In this document: piece after piece, positions 11,790-22,956 of the stretch | How positions within the stretch are numbered: the first letter of the stretch is position 1 | How the letters are laid out: every line of letters starts with the position of its first letter | Source of the DNA: Octopus sinensis | Lineage: Eukaryota | DNA length: 64,000 bases | Assembly (NCBI RefSeq): GCF_006345805.1 | Contig: NC_043008.1 | Coordinates: forward strand, 35,836,001 to 35,900,000 | Reading direction: 5' to 3' | Position numbers and translations under genes: made by a program | The notes under the pieces: model-generated | Databases searched by the model: none | What the model was told of the DNA's origin: nothing | What the model saw: the letters and a program-made list of their open reading frames with translations, nothing else

Positions 11790-12860
11790 ATGTAGCAACC
11801 ATGTCAGCATGAATGTCCTTCGGGCTAAACCTTTTTTTTTTTTCGGCAAATACTTCATAACTCCATCATGCCAAATTTTGTCCAATTTCAAAAGAAGTGG
11901 ATCTTTTCAATTCTGAAGCCAGGACCACAGATCTTTCTACTTAACTAAATAATCTGAAACTTCGTATGCTGATAGAGTCTAGCAAAACAAGACACAGGTT
12001 GGAACTAGTTTATTTGAGAAAAATCTATTTTATGACTTTAATCGTAGATTAAAACTGCGAATTTTAACCAATCAGATTGTTTGTTTTCATGTGTAAAACT
12101 TGACTGCATTCTATTAGTGTGACGTAGAAAGCGCTTTTGTGACGTACTAACGTTCGTTTGAAAACTGTAAACAAACACAGAACGTAACGGCAGACGAAAT
12201 ACGGCTACGCATTTCGCCCGGCGTGCTAACGTTTCTGCCAGCTCTTTGCTTTTTTAATATTAAATTTCTTGCCTTTTGCACAAATAAATACAATAAGTGA
12301 AATGAAACGCATTAGCTTAGAAACGAAATCTTGTTAGAAGCCTCGTCACTGAGATGCCACTTCTTAATAGCAAACGAAAGCAAGTACTAACAGAATGGAA
12401 ACATTTTCAATTTAATACATGTGGCTTATTAACTAGTTTTAAATATTGTTATTAGAAGGTGGCTGACTATAGGATCCTGGAAACATGAGTACGTTAAATA
12501 ATTAGAAGGAGATTTCACGGAGACATGCGGTCTGTTTACATTTAAGATGTTTAATACGTCACCAAATTGGTGGTCGAGACGGAGTAAATAAAATAAAGCC
12601 GAATGACGGAATATCATTGGTTAAAATTCTAATTATTAAACAACGTTAAACTTAGAAGTTACAATTCCGTTTTCATTCTGGTTTACAATTAAGTTTACTT
12701 TTGACACATTCTACCAGTATACGAAGTTTCAAATTGTTTGGTTCAGTAGGAAAAATTTGAAAAAACTGGCTTCAGAATTGAAAAGATCCGAAGAAGTTAC
12801 TCTTGAAGTCTGCTTTGAACAGTTAGATGTCAACTTACCTGGAATGAAACACTTCAGTTA
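11790..12860. mobile_element. Long-TIR (foldback) non-autonomous DNA element with an inserted SINE A head
   Basis: Perfect 23-bp inverted match 11900-11922 / 12766-12788 plus further inverted blocks; SINE head at about 12178-12244. Confidence 0.6.
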
Positions 12861-12996
12861 TTAATAAGAAGAGTTGAAATTAATGCATGCAAGATTAAAA
12901 ATAAAAATCTATTATGCTTTCACGGATCCCTTGTCAATGTAATAGAATGTTTATGAAATTAACCAAATTGTCTGAATTTTGAACGGTGGTCTGTTT

Positions 12997-13024
12997 GTTG
13001 CCATGGCAACTGTGTTGACTTCCG
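12997..13024. promoter_or_regulatory. Perfect RFX X-box palindrome GTTGCCATGGCAAC plus adjacent ETS-like ACTTCCG
   Basis: 14-bp palindrome at 12997-13010 matches the canonical X-box; about 1.15 kb upstream of the DCST1 ATG. Confidence 0.4.
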
Positions 13025-13193
13025 CTCAAGAGGACTCGTTCCATTGGAAAGAGATGTAAAACGTAAAATGGTTCTATCTTGTTTCTTAATCATTTTTTGA
13101 AAAAAATAAAGGCATTATTCGTCATCAGCATCAAAAACTACATCAGCATGGGGATTTGAAAACAATCCATTGAGAATTGAAAAATCTTCAAGT

Positions 13194-13354
13194 AGGCTGT
13201 GTGGTAAGTAGCTTGTTTACCAACCACATGGTTCCAGGTTCAGTCCCACTGCGTGGTACCTTGGGCAAGTGTCTTCTACTATAGTCTCGAGCCGACCAAA
13301 GCCTTGTGAGTGGATTTGGTAGACGGAAACTGAAAGAAGCCCGTCGTATATATG

Positions 13355-13386
<32 letters not shown>

Positions 13387-13397
13387 ATATATATATA

Positions 13398-13441
<44 letters not shown>

Positions 13442-13680
13442 TATATATATGCGTGTGTGTATTTGTGTGTCTGTATTTGTCCCCCTAGCATTGCTTGACA
13501 ACCGATACTGGTGTGTTTATGTCCCCGTATCTTAGCGGTTCGGCAAAAGAGACCGATAGAATAAGTACTGGGCTTACAAAAGAATAAGTCTCGGGGTCGA
13601 GTTGCTCGATTAAAGGTGGTGCTCCAGCATGGCCGCAGTCAAATGACTGAAACAAGTAAAAGAGAGAAAAGAAAGAGAGA
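13194..13680 (+). mobile_element. SINE family B, near full length (tRNA-like head, internal (TA)n/(CA)n, AAGAG-rich tail)
   Basis: GGCTGTGTGGTAAGTAGCTTG...GGTTCAGTCCCAC...GCCTTGTGAGTGGATTTGGTAGACGGAAACTGAAAGAAGCCCGTCGT-(TA)n-...GACTGAAACAAGTAAAAGAG. Other copies at about 16896-17325, 17455-17815, 32605-33056, 37745-38045, 39700-40035, 43245-43585, 46270-46870, 49060-49850, 51925-52245. Confidence 0.9.
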
Positions 13681-14150
13681 GTTTGAAGAAAACAATCGGA
13701 AGACGCCATCTTGTGTACCTACCTTGGGTTTCTATAACAAATGTTTAAACCCTCACAGGTATGTCCGTTAGAGTGCTTTACTGTTCCAACGCCTTAGCAT
13801 CACCATCATCCGTAATAATGCCGTGAGTATATTGGCTTGCTTCAATAAGTTCTGATAACCCTTATGGTATGCGATCGATTGATGCACTTGAGTGTTGAAT
13901 TGATGTTTGGTTTTCTGTTTTCTATTTTTTTTCTTCTTCTTTTTTCGCACATGATTATAAAAAAAGAATGTTAAAACAATTTGTCGATTTGAACATGAGC
14001 GTTTCAAACGCCACCACTTTACTACGCTTGGAAGAAAGAGATAAAAGATTGAGAGGGATGGATAGAGAGGGAGACAGACAGATGGAAAGAAAGAGAGGGT
14101 GAAACTGATGAGAGAAAATTTCAAACAAAATATATTCAAAACTTGAAGTA

Positions 14151-16199
14151 ATGGGGCAGTCTGTTACAAAGCTGAAATATTCTATCATCAAAGTTCTCAA
14201 ATCAGATCCATCAGAATATCGATGGCTTAAAGCCATTGTAGGATTTCCAATCGGACTTTTTATCAGTTTGGCATTTTACGTAGTTATTCTTAGCCAATCA
14301 AGTTTACCCGTATTGATCCAGCAATACCTAGGAGCAATATTTTGCATATTATATTCCTTTGGCTATGCATTTTCAGCACAAGTGCGATGTATGGCGTGGC
14401 TGGTTGTTCCCAATTTATTCGGAAGAGGGGGCCGTTCTTTTATCCATACAATCGCTGTAATGTATTTAGTACAGGGGCCAATCAATAGTATTGTGCTCAA
14501 CGGTAAAATAGTTGTTTCGTCTTTTAGATGTGCATCGGAACTGATAAGGAACCATTCTGTTTCAAGGTTCGAGTTCAGCCGAAAACCGTTGGAGACTGCT
14601 CTTTTTGAACTAAAAAAATCAGATAGCAAGCTGACAAAACTTTCTAACAAAATGAAACAATCGTTTAGTAAAATAGAGGATGAAATAGAAAGCCAAACTG
14701 AAGTTAGATCTTTGAAAGAAGAGACTGAAGCTATCGATAAAAACCAGCGAAATGAGCCCCGCGTTGATATGATAGAAAATAAACGAAAAATAGAAGCAGA
14801 CGACACGGATGCGGACACGATCGAAAAGCGCTATGCCAAAAAGAGTGATTATCGCTGTCAAAGTATCTTCAACAGTGGCATCAATAACTGCAAACAAGCA
14901 ATCGACAACATATATAACAAATGTATAGATAAAGTTAAAGTTATTGGCCCGATTGTTTGTCAAATCGTCGCTTTCAATTTCGTCTGCAATGTATTTAAGC
15001 TTGTTCCAAATCTTATTGGATACACTTGCGATTCGATGCCTGTCTTAGGAACAGGATTTGGGGAAGTCTACGTACAGGAAAAAGCTATGTTAGATAGTTT
15101 TGGTTCAAACGACCAATTGAATTTCCAATACAAAGTTATCGATCCGGAAAGACGAGTGAACATAACTACACTCAAAGAACTCCAGAAAAGCATCATGCAC
15201 ACCTTCAAGAAACGACAAGTTTGGATAAATTTTTTCCAAGATATGTTGATGAATATCTTAGGATTCACTTTTCTTCTAATACTCGTCCATTCCTACAGCT
15301 ATACAAAGAACTATCTTGTGGATTTAAACTTCGATAATATCTACATAACTGCTTACTTCCGGAGAATTGACATACGTAGAGCTATGGCTGGTAAAATGAC
15401 ATTGCTTCCTTTGCGGAAATTTGAAGAGAATACTCTCGTTACTCCTTTAAGCTGCAGAATATTAAAAGGAGAAAGAAAGAAAATCATCAGCGGTACATTG
15501 ATGCTGATTGTTCGTTATGTGGTGATTCTTAATATTGTAATGTTTGATTGGATCATTTATACCGTTCTTAATATCATCAAAAACCAAAGTCGAATTGATT
15601 ATCACCAAAAGGGTTTCCAGAAAATCGAAGTTGCTATTCTCGGAAGTGGTTTTATGAGCGACATAGTAAGGACAATGCTGAATAGTTTCACACAAAAACA
15701 CACGATTGACGAAATTACCACCAATTTCCTTTGTCTACCTAAACCAGTTAAGACTGATAAACGTATTATATACCAAACTCTGGCTTTTTATATTGCCGTC
15801 TGGTTTCTCATGTTATCAGAGTCGTTTGCTCTACGATTACGCCGTCTGATTGCTGCATTTTTCTTTCGTCGTCGAGAGAAATCCAGAATCCTTTACCTTT
15901 ATAATAGCACACTAAAAAAACGGCGGGGTTACATCAATTATATGAAGGAATATGTTAGTAGTTTAGCCAAACAAAAAAGACTTGCAGAAAAACACGGGTT
16001 GATAAATGCACTAATTCGTACTTTTCCACGACTAGACTCCTGTCTGAAAAGACTGCCTGGAATGAAACCAGTTTGTTTAATATGTGCTGACAAATTGAAA
16101 AATGGTGCTGGTCAACTGTGCAGCAACATGAACTGTATGTCGCGATATTGTTCGGTTTGTTGGTGTGATATGGAATATCGTTGTTATGCATGTCCGTAA
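14151..16199 (+). CDS. DCST1: DC-STAMP domain-containing protein, DCST1/Sneaky type, 682 aa, single coding exon
   Basis: Uninterrupted ORF with an in-frame stop 42 nt upstream and several TM segments. QVRCMAWLVVPNLFGRGGR...QGP and a Cys-rich loop (YRC...NC...KC...VC...VC...TC) align with DCST1; FDNIYITAYFRRID...TLLPLRKFE is the DC-STAMP domain hallmark; C-terminal C4C4 RING-like finger CLIC...C...C...CSVC...CYAC. DCST1 rather than DCST2 judged by recalled motif similarity. Confidence 0.9.
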   Translation: MGQSVTKLKYSIIKVLKSDPSEYRWLKAIVGFPIGLFISLAFYVVILSQSSLPVLIQQYLGAIFCILYSFGYAFSAQVRCMAWLVVPNLFGRGGRSFIHTIAVMYLVQGPINSIVLNGKIVVSSFRCASELIRNHSVSRFEFSRKPLETALFELKKSDSKLTKLSNKMKQSFSKIEDEIESQTEVRSLKEETEAIDKNQRNEPRVDMIENKRKIEADDTDADTIEKRYAKKSDYRCQSIFNSGINNCKQAIDNIYNKCIDKVKVIGPIVCQIVAFNFVCNVFKLVPNLIGYTCDSMPVLGTGFGEVYVQEKAMLDSFGSNDQLNFQYKVIDPERRVNITTLKELQKSIMHTFKKRQVWINFFQDMLMNILGFTFLLILVHSYSYTKNYLVDLNFDNIYITAYFRRIDIRRAMAGKMTLLPLRKFEENTLVTPLSCRILKGERKKIISGTLMLIVRYVVILNIVMFDWIIYTVLNIIKNQSRIDYHQKGFQKIEVAILGSGFMSDIVRTMLNSFTQKHTIDEITTNFLCLPKPVKTDKRIIYQTLAFYIAVWFLMLSESFALRLRRLIAAFFFRRREKSRILYLYNSTLKKRRGYINYMKEYVSSLAKQKRLAEKHGLINALIRTFPRLDSCLKRLPGMKPVCLICADKLKNGAGQLCSNMNCMSRYCSVCWCDMEYRCYACP

Positions 16200-16309
16200 G
16201 CATGTCGAATATTTATAGTTAAATAATTTATATATATATATATATAAACAAGTTAGGGGAGTTGAACTGCTAGCAAAAGCTATGCGTTTTAAAGAAAAAC
16301 CAACAACAA

Positions 16310-16357
16310 AATAAACGATGTAAGAAATTACTTTATGTAGTTAACTGAATGAATAAA
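16310..16357 (+). terminator. Candidate polyadenylation signals for DCST1 (AATAAA at 16310 and 16352)
   Basis: Two AATAAA hexamers 110-160 nt after the stop codon. Confidence 0.4.
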
Positions 16358-16419
16358 AGCATGAAATAACGAGTCCTTTATTATTAATTATTAATACCAA
16401 TATTACACTAAGACATAGC

Positions 16420-16755
16420 TACACAAGTATTCCCCCACACTGACTTTGTTTCCTCATAACTTTCATAAAAATGGACATCTTTCAATGATATTTTCTACAG
16501 ATACCTTTGTGGTGGAATGGGTTACGATTATATCGTATTTTAATGTGGAAAAACCGCATCAGATAAGCTTTTTTTCAGAATTTCAAGTTTCATTTTGTAA
16601 ATCTATATGTGATGCATATCAGTATGTATGTGCCTCTCCACTTTTTCGCCTTGAATTCCGATATAATCGTAATTTACACCATCTGAAAAATATTCATTTT
16701 CTGAAAGTTATGAGGAAACAAAGTCGATGGGGTGGGGGGAGCTCACTAGTGTAGT
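16420..16755. mobile_element. MITE with long TIRs; related element at about 59650-59960
   Basis: Perfect 24-bp inverted repeat 16442-16465 / 16702-16725. Confidence 0.75.
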
Positions 16756-17135
16756 GTCATGTCACATACTATTCATTCATCTCTCTTTTTTGCTCCACTC
16801 TACAGCAGCCACTTTATAAACCCCTCATTAACCAGTACATTCAGCCTTTTTTCAGAAGTCCCATTTTCTGGAATTCTCTTGTTCCCTTTTCTACCATTAC
16901 TCTTTACTCTCTTTTACTTGTTTCAGTCATTTGACTGTGGCCATACTGGAGCACCGCCTTTAGTCAAGCAAATTGACCCCAGGACTTATTCTTTGGAAGC
17001 CTAGTACTTATTCTATTGATCTCTTTTGCCAAACCGCTAAGTTACGGGGACATAAACACACCAGCAACGGTTGTCAAGCGATGTTGGGGGGACAAATACA
17101 GACACACAAACATATACACACATACATATATTTAT

Positions 17136-17168
<33 letters not shown>

Positions 17169-17903
17169 CAACGGGCTTCTTTCGGTTTCCATCTACCAAA
17201 TCCACTCACAAGGCTTTGGTCAGCCCGAGGCTATAGTGGAAGACACTTGCCCTAGGTACGACGCAGTGGGACTGAGCCCGGAACCATGTGGTTCATAAGC
17301 AAGCTACTTACCACACAGCCACTCCATCTGTTGTCGAGTTGCCTTTTGCTCCAGAGAAACATTAACTGTGTCTTGGAGTCTCTGTGAAGGCATTGATAAC
17401 AATCCCTTCGTCTAGACTACACTCACAAACGCATGCACACATACACGCATATGCATTTCTTTTATTTGTTTTAGTCATTGGACTGTGGTCAAGCTGAGCT
17501 GGAGCATCCCCTTGAAAGGTTAGTCAAACAAATTGACCCCAGTAATTAGTTACTTTCATGTGTGATACTTATTCAATCAGTCTCTTTTACTGAACCATTA
17601 AATTACAAGGATGTAAATAAACCAACACTAGTTGTCAAGCAGTGGTAGGGAACAAATGCAAACACACACTCACACACTATACGATGGGGCTCTTTTAGTT
17701 TCCACCTACCAAATCCACTCACAATGCTTTGAATGGCATGGTGCTATAATAGAAGACACTTGCCCAAGGTACCGTGTGTTTGGAAAGCAAACTTCTTACC
17801 ATACTGTTCGCCTAGTGCTTTACAGCTTGAATGTTCTTCCTGAGTAAAGTGAATGTGATATCAATGATTATCTTATGCTTATATGGTCAGCAATATCAAG
17901 AGA

Positions 17904-18254
17904 TATCTCTTTATTTCCTTATAAAAAGGGTTTAAATAGAGGGGACATTACAAGGACTGACAAGGGACATTTAGGGTACAAACATGCTTCTTATTTACAT
18001 TATGAAAAAACGGATGAATTTATATATATTTTGTGGATGAGAGTTAAAAATAAAATGATGGTCGGTTGAAATTTGGGTCCGGGTTAGTGAATTAACCCAA
18101 CGGGTGGTTATCCCTTTTGGTAGTCTTTTTCCTTCCTTTTATGCTCCGACCAACCGTGCAAGCACAGCCTCGTGCATTCTCATCTTTCTTAACACTGTCG
18201 TCTGTCTTTTTCCAAACGCTCTTTGCGGCAGGCTCCTCTTCTCCAGACGGATCT
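17904..18254 (-). mobile_element. 5'-truncated LINE (probably Tx1/L1-like): last 37 codons of ORF2 plus 3' UTR, 17-bp TSD
   Basis: Exact direct repeat TCAGCAATATCAAGAGA at 17887-17903 and 18255-18271; minus frame IRLEKRSLPQRAFGKRQTTVLRKMRMHEAVLARLVGA* then a 3' UTR ending AATAAAGAGATA. Confidence 0.75.
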
Positions 18255-18615
18255 TCAGCAATATCAAGAGAATAGGGATTAGCCACCTCTTAATCCCATG
18301 GAATGTGTCATTTCAAGCAGGAGCCACTATATGATTGCTCAACCTGCAAACAAATTACAGCTAAATCTCCCCTAAATCAAGGACAACAATGTCTTGTATA
18401 GGACATCTCTTTGATTATAGAGTTGGTCAGTCATGGCTGGGTAACCTTTTTTTTTTTGAAAAGTGGACTGTATGAGACATGACCTATTGTCAAGTGAGCC
18501 ACACTACTATGGAAAATTGAAGGTAGTTTTTCATTAGAGATGCCATTCAGAAAGTCCAATGGGCTGAAGGTCACCTGTGACTGCATCTCAACAACCACAA
18601 GCCAATATTAAGAAT

Positions 18616-19826
18616 CCTGCATCCATCCCTGGTCACCACCACCCCATTGTAAAAAAACAGGTATGAGAGCTCAGAAGAAATTTGGCACCTTTCATGCCTA
18701 CATCGGGTGGCAATTAAACTTTGAGGGAGACTGCAACCTCTTCCTATGCTTTTTAATACATACTGCTAATTAGTTGAAGTTAATTAGAATGTTTTTCATT
18801 GAAAGTAGGGCTTGGGATCTGCTTCAGAACCTGGTACAAATTTACACGTAAGCTGTTGGGAGCATCTATATTGAGAAAATTAATGAATCTTCAATTTTAC
18901 TAATTGGGCTCAACATTACAAGTCCTGGAATTTGTTATTATAACATCCTCACTATGAATATTTTACTTACCTCTCTATATGTATTTCTCTATTCTTTAAT
19001 GAATCTTTCTGGCTCTTTATGTTCTGAGCTCAAATTCTGCCAATGATGGCTTTGCCTTTTATCCTTTTCTGGGTTGATAAAATAAGTACCAGTCACTGTA
19101 TTCAGTTTACCCTCTTCTCGAAATTGGTGGCTTTGTGCCAAAGTTAGAAAGAATTCTTTAACGAATTTTACCAATACAGACCATCACTTCTCTCATCAAA
19201 TTCTAGCAGAGCCTCTACTCATACACAAGTAATTCAACTGATCACAGCAAAATACAACTGGATGGCAAAAGTTGAAGACATGACCTGATAGTTTGGTTAG
19301 AACTGCAGTTTGGCTCATTTAGCTGCAAATACTCATAGTGCCATAGCAAGGATTCTCATCACTTTGTATCAAGACATACTTTTGTCATCCCTAAACCCAG
19401 ATTGATGTAGGGATCAATACGTAAATGGAGGAAAGGCTCATATGTGGTTGGTGGAGACTTTCGACTCAGAGGAGCCCTTAGACTTAATAGTGCCCTCTTT
19501 ATGTTTTGAATTAACAAAATAGTGGTGGTGGTGGGGGCCTATTGGCCCTGCATCCAGCCCTGGTCACCACTACCCCATTGTAAAAAAAACAGGTATGAGA
19601 GCTCAGAAGAAATTTGGCACCTTTCATGCCTACATTAGATGGCAATTAAACTTTGAGGGAGACTGAAACCTCTTCCTATGCTTTTTAATACATACTGCTA
19701 ATTAATTGAAGTTAATTAGAATGTTTTTTCATTGAAAGTAGAGCTGGGGAACTGATACAAATTTACAAGTAAGCTGTTGGGGGCATCTACATTGAGAAAA
19801 TTGATGAATCTTCAATTTTACTAATT
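18616..19826. repeat. Local direct duplication, 18616-18905 and 19547-19826
   Basis: About 285-bp units readily aligned by eye, with scattered substitutions and one ~10-bp indel. Confidence 0.9.
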
Positions 19827-20774
19827 CATATGGATTTCTGCTGTGAGCCAAAAAGTCAGAAATTAATGAGGAGAGTGTGGATGATGTTATTTATGCCAGT
19901 ACTGGAGTGTGCCATTTTCTTTGTCAACCTCTGTTATTTGAACCAAGAATGCAAAGGACCTTAACTAAGTACCACAACATTTTATTTGATACCCTTAACA
20001 ATCCACTACCCTTTTCATGAAAGTTTTACAGAAACATTATCAGCAAGTACATGCAAATTTGAATGGAGTTAAAAATTCCACACATGGAACAAGGGGTTCC
20101 TTGGCCCTTATCAAGGGAGCACTTTAAATGTTTTAGGCAAAGGAAGTGTTGTGCCTGACTGGCCTTTTGGTGGTGGAGCCTTTTGTAAAGAAAAGGTAAA
20201 GACAAAAGCTTAAGGGATGCTGCATGCAATAGAAAGATACATATCTTATCTGCAAACAAAAAAAAAACTTGATCCAAATGCTTGCAACAGATGGGCCTTA
20301 CCAGATTCAGTTGGTATTAAGCTTGGTGCAGGATCAAGTCTAAACCTCAATATTCAATGTAGACTTGGAAAAACCCAAAGATGTATAAAGCTTAGAGAGT
20401 CTTGGTTAAAATAATTACATCTGAAGCATGTAGAAAGGTTGGAAATGTCTGTTTTGCACCCGTTATTGCTAGGGTTGGACGAGTATTATTTGCAGCATTG
20501 TTTTTTTCAAGTAGATTCTCTTTCTGTTTTTCAAGTAAAGGATCTCTTATTTCACATGGCTTCAAAGTATAAAGTGAATGGATGACTTGCTGATAGGAGA
20601 AACTGAAAAAACCCACTGCCCACCACACTTTTGTACAAGCAGTTTCAGATGTGCACTGAATTGTACATACATACACACGTGTGCATGGATAAGAAGTTCA
20701 CAGAGTCATGAATGCACCTTAATTATTTTGTGGTCCTTCCAGATTGTGAAGCCCTTGTAGCGTATTCAACAACA

Positions 20775-21080
20775 AATATTTTTAGTTTTCTGGATTCGCA
20801 ATAACATATATATATTTCCTTCAGGGCGAACCGGTAGCCATGGAGCTAGTTGCTGTAGCTAAATGGAGTGACCCAAATCCAGTCTCATTCCAGCATAGTG
20901 TAGCATCGCCACGTGGTGGCAGCGTCCGTTCTATTAGACTGTCAGCTTCAAGAGAGATCGATAGGCAGGAAGTTTTGCTGCTGCTAGTTCTCTGCGCATG
21001 CGGGAACTTCCGGCAGGACTCCTGGAAGAATCCAACTCTGTACATGCATGCTGAAGACTTCCAAAATGGCGTCACTACAC
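20775..21080 (+). repeat. Unclassified ~310-bp interspersed repeat; inverted copy at 44499-44811
   Basis: TTCTGGATTCGCAATAA...TTCCTTCAGGGCGAACCGGTAGCCATGG...CAAAATGGCGTCACTACA matches the reverse complement of 44499-44811. Confidence 0.85.
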
Positions 21081-21479
21081 CCTAAATCAATAGCTTTAAA
21101 TCTTTTTGACTTCATGGTGCACTGGTGATCAAATATTATTTAAAAAATTACTGGTACACCTCATCTAGAAAGTTTAAAAAAACAAAAGGGAGAGGCATAA
21201 CTTAAGTTTAAAACTATATTTTAAACTTAAAAACTCAGAAAATATATAAATTATTACTTATTGCTTTATTAATTATGATTAATTATGTGTATAACAAAAT
21301 ATAAATAGGCCTAGGGAAGGCTATGATAAAAAATTTGCTTTCCAGCCACATGATTATAGACTGTTGCACTGCATAACCCCTTGGTCAATTATCCTCCATG
21401 CTAGCTGCACCAATCAAAGCCTTGTTACTATATTACATAAGCAGAAACTGGGAAAAGCCTGTTGTGTAGGAGAGAGAGA

Positions 21480-21640
21480 GATATATGTGTATATATGTGT
21501 ATATGTGTATATATGTGTGTATATGTGTGTATATGTGTGTATATGTGTGTATATGTGTGTATATGTGTGCATATGTGTGCATGTGTGCATGTGTGTGCAT
21601 GTGTGTGTGCGCATGCGCGTGCGTGTGTGTGCGTGTGTGT
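21480..21640. repeat. (ATATGTGTGT)n grading into (GT/GC)n microsatellite
   Basis: Direct reading. Confidence 0.9.
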
Positions 21641-22365
21641 TATTGTTTCAATGCCTTGATATCATGTGATAGTGGTAAACAGGTGTCGTCATCATCATGC
21701 CAGCTGAGTCCTTTGTTGGCAATCTTCCTTGGAAATGGGTGAGGTCTGCCGACAGGGAGAACGTCCAGCTGTAGAAAATTCACCTTAGCAAATTCTATTT
21801 GGCTCATGAAAGACATACATTAAAAAGAATGAAAATATTACAGTTAACAGTGCCACCTTATGGCACAGAGCTACAGAGCAGTTGGCCAAGCAACCCACAC
21901 ATCTTGGGAACCCAGCTCAAAACTGTTCTAAATGTACCTGGGATCCAACACTATTAATTAATGAGAACAGTTACTAACACAACAGACCCAGATTTGTGTA
22001 TGAATCACAGTCAGAACTTAGTATTAAAAGTTTTCCTTTTCATAGTTTAAGCATTGCTCCATGTATAAGTTACACTCCTAATTTGGTTCTAAATCTTGGT
22101 ACAAATTTTTTTCCCCTTCATACTTTAAGCATTGCCCCAATGTACAACTTGCAGTCCAGTTTTTTCAGTTAAAAATCAAATAGAAAATGGTGCAACTTAT
22201 GTACACAAGTAAATACGGTAACTGATCATTCTTTAAATATTTTCACTTCATTGCTAATGTTTCACTACTAGACACAGTGTGACACACTAACTTCTTCCAT
22301 CCTTTCGTTGTTTGATAATAAATATGAAATGATACCAGAATACACAAGATAAAAAGTATAAGCTC

Positions 22366-22371
22366 TTTATT
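22366..22371 (-). terminator. Candidate ALDH2 polyadenylation signal (AATAAA); alternative at 22592-22597
   Basis: AATAAA on the minus strand followed by a U/GU-rich stretch (TTTTTATCTTGTGTATTCTGG). Confidence 0.45.
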
Positions 22372-22635
22372 TCTTGTAATACATGATTATTCTACAGAGA
22401 TATTCTGTAGGATTTCTTAAGGAGAAAAATATAATAAAAAAAATATATGTGTGCGACCATATATATTCATTTATCTTCTGCAGACAATTGAATATTCCAC
22501 ACACTATCAATACACATTAAACACCCATTTTTCAGTTCATTATATCTGTGTGCAAGTATTCCTACTAAAATTTGTTCCTTTTGAGAAGGTTTTTATTGCA
22601 TTTTTGAACATATACACACACACACACTTTATATA

Positions 22636-22688
<53 letters not shown>

Positions 22689-22742
22689 AAATTTATGAAT
22701 ACGTAGAAGTTGCTTGTATTTTTGAGTCTGCAAAACTTCAAT

Positions 22743-22775
22743 TTAAGAATTCTTCGGAGGCACTTTAATGGTAAC
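22743..22775 (-). CDS. ALDH2: ALDH2 exon 14 (terminal): VTIKVPPKNS*
   Basis: TTTCAG|GTT ACC ATT AAA GTG CCT CCG AAG AAT TCT TAA; closely resembles the vertebrate ALDH2 C-terminus VTVKVPQKNS. Confidence 0.95.
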   Translation of the reverse strand, partial: VTIKVPPKNS

Positions 22776-22880
22776 CTGAAAAACAAGAGTTTCAAAAATA
22801 GAACAGGTTTATTTAAATTTCATAAATATTCTACAATGTTTGTGACATAAAACAAATATGAGTTGTTGACATTTTTTTCC

Positions 22881-22956
<76 letters not shown>

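Noticed and set aside
14363-16203. Antisense ORFs overlapping DCST1
   Set aside because: They are shadow frames of the real CDS with no independent features
18092-18286. Minus-strand ORF MANPYSLDIAEDPSGEEEP... as a host exon
   Set aside because: It straddles the TSD boundary of a LINE insertion; the alternative frame explains it as the end of ORF2
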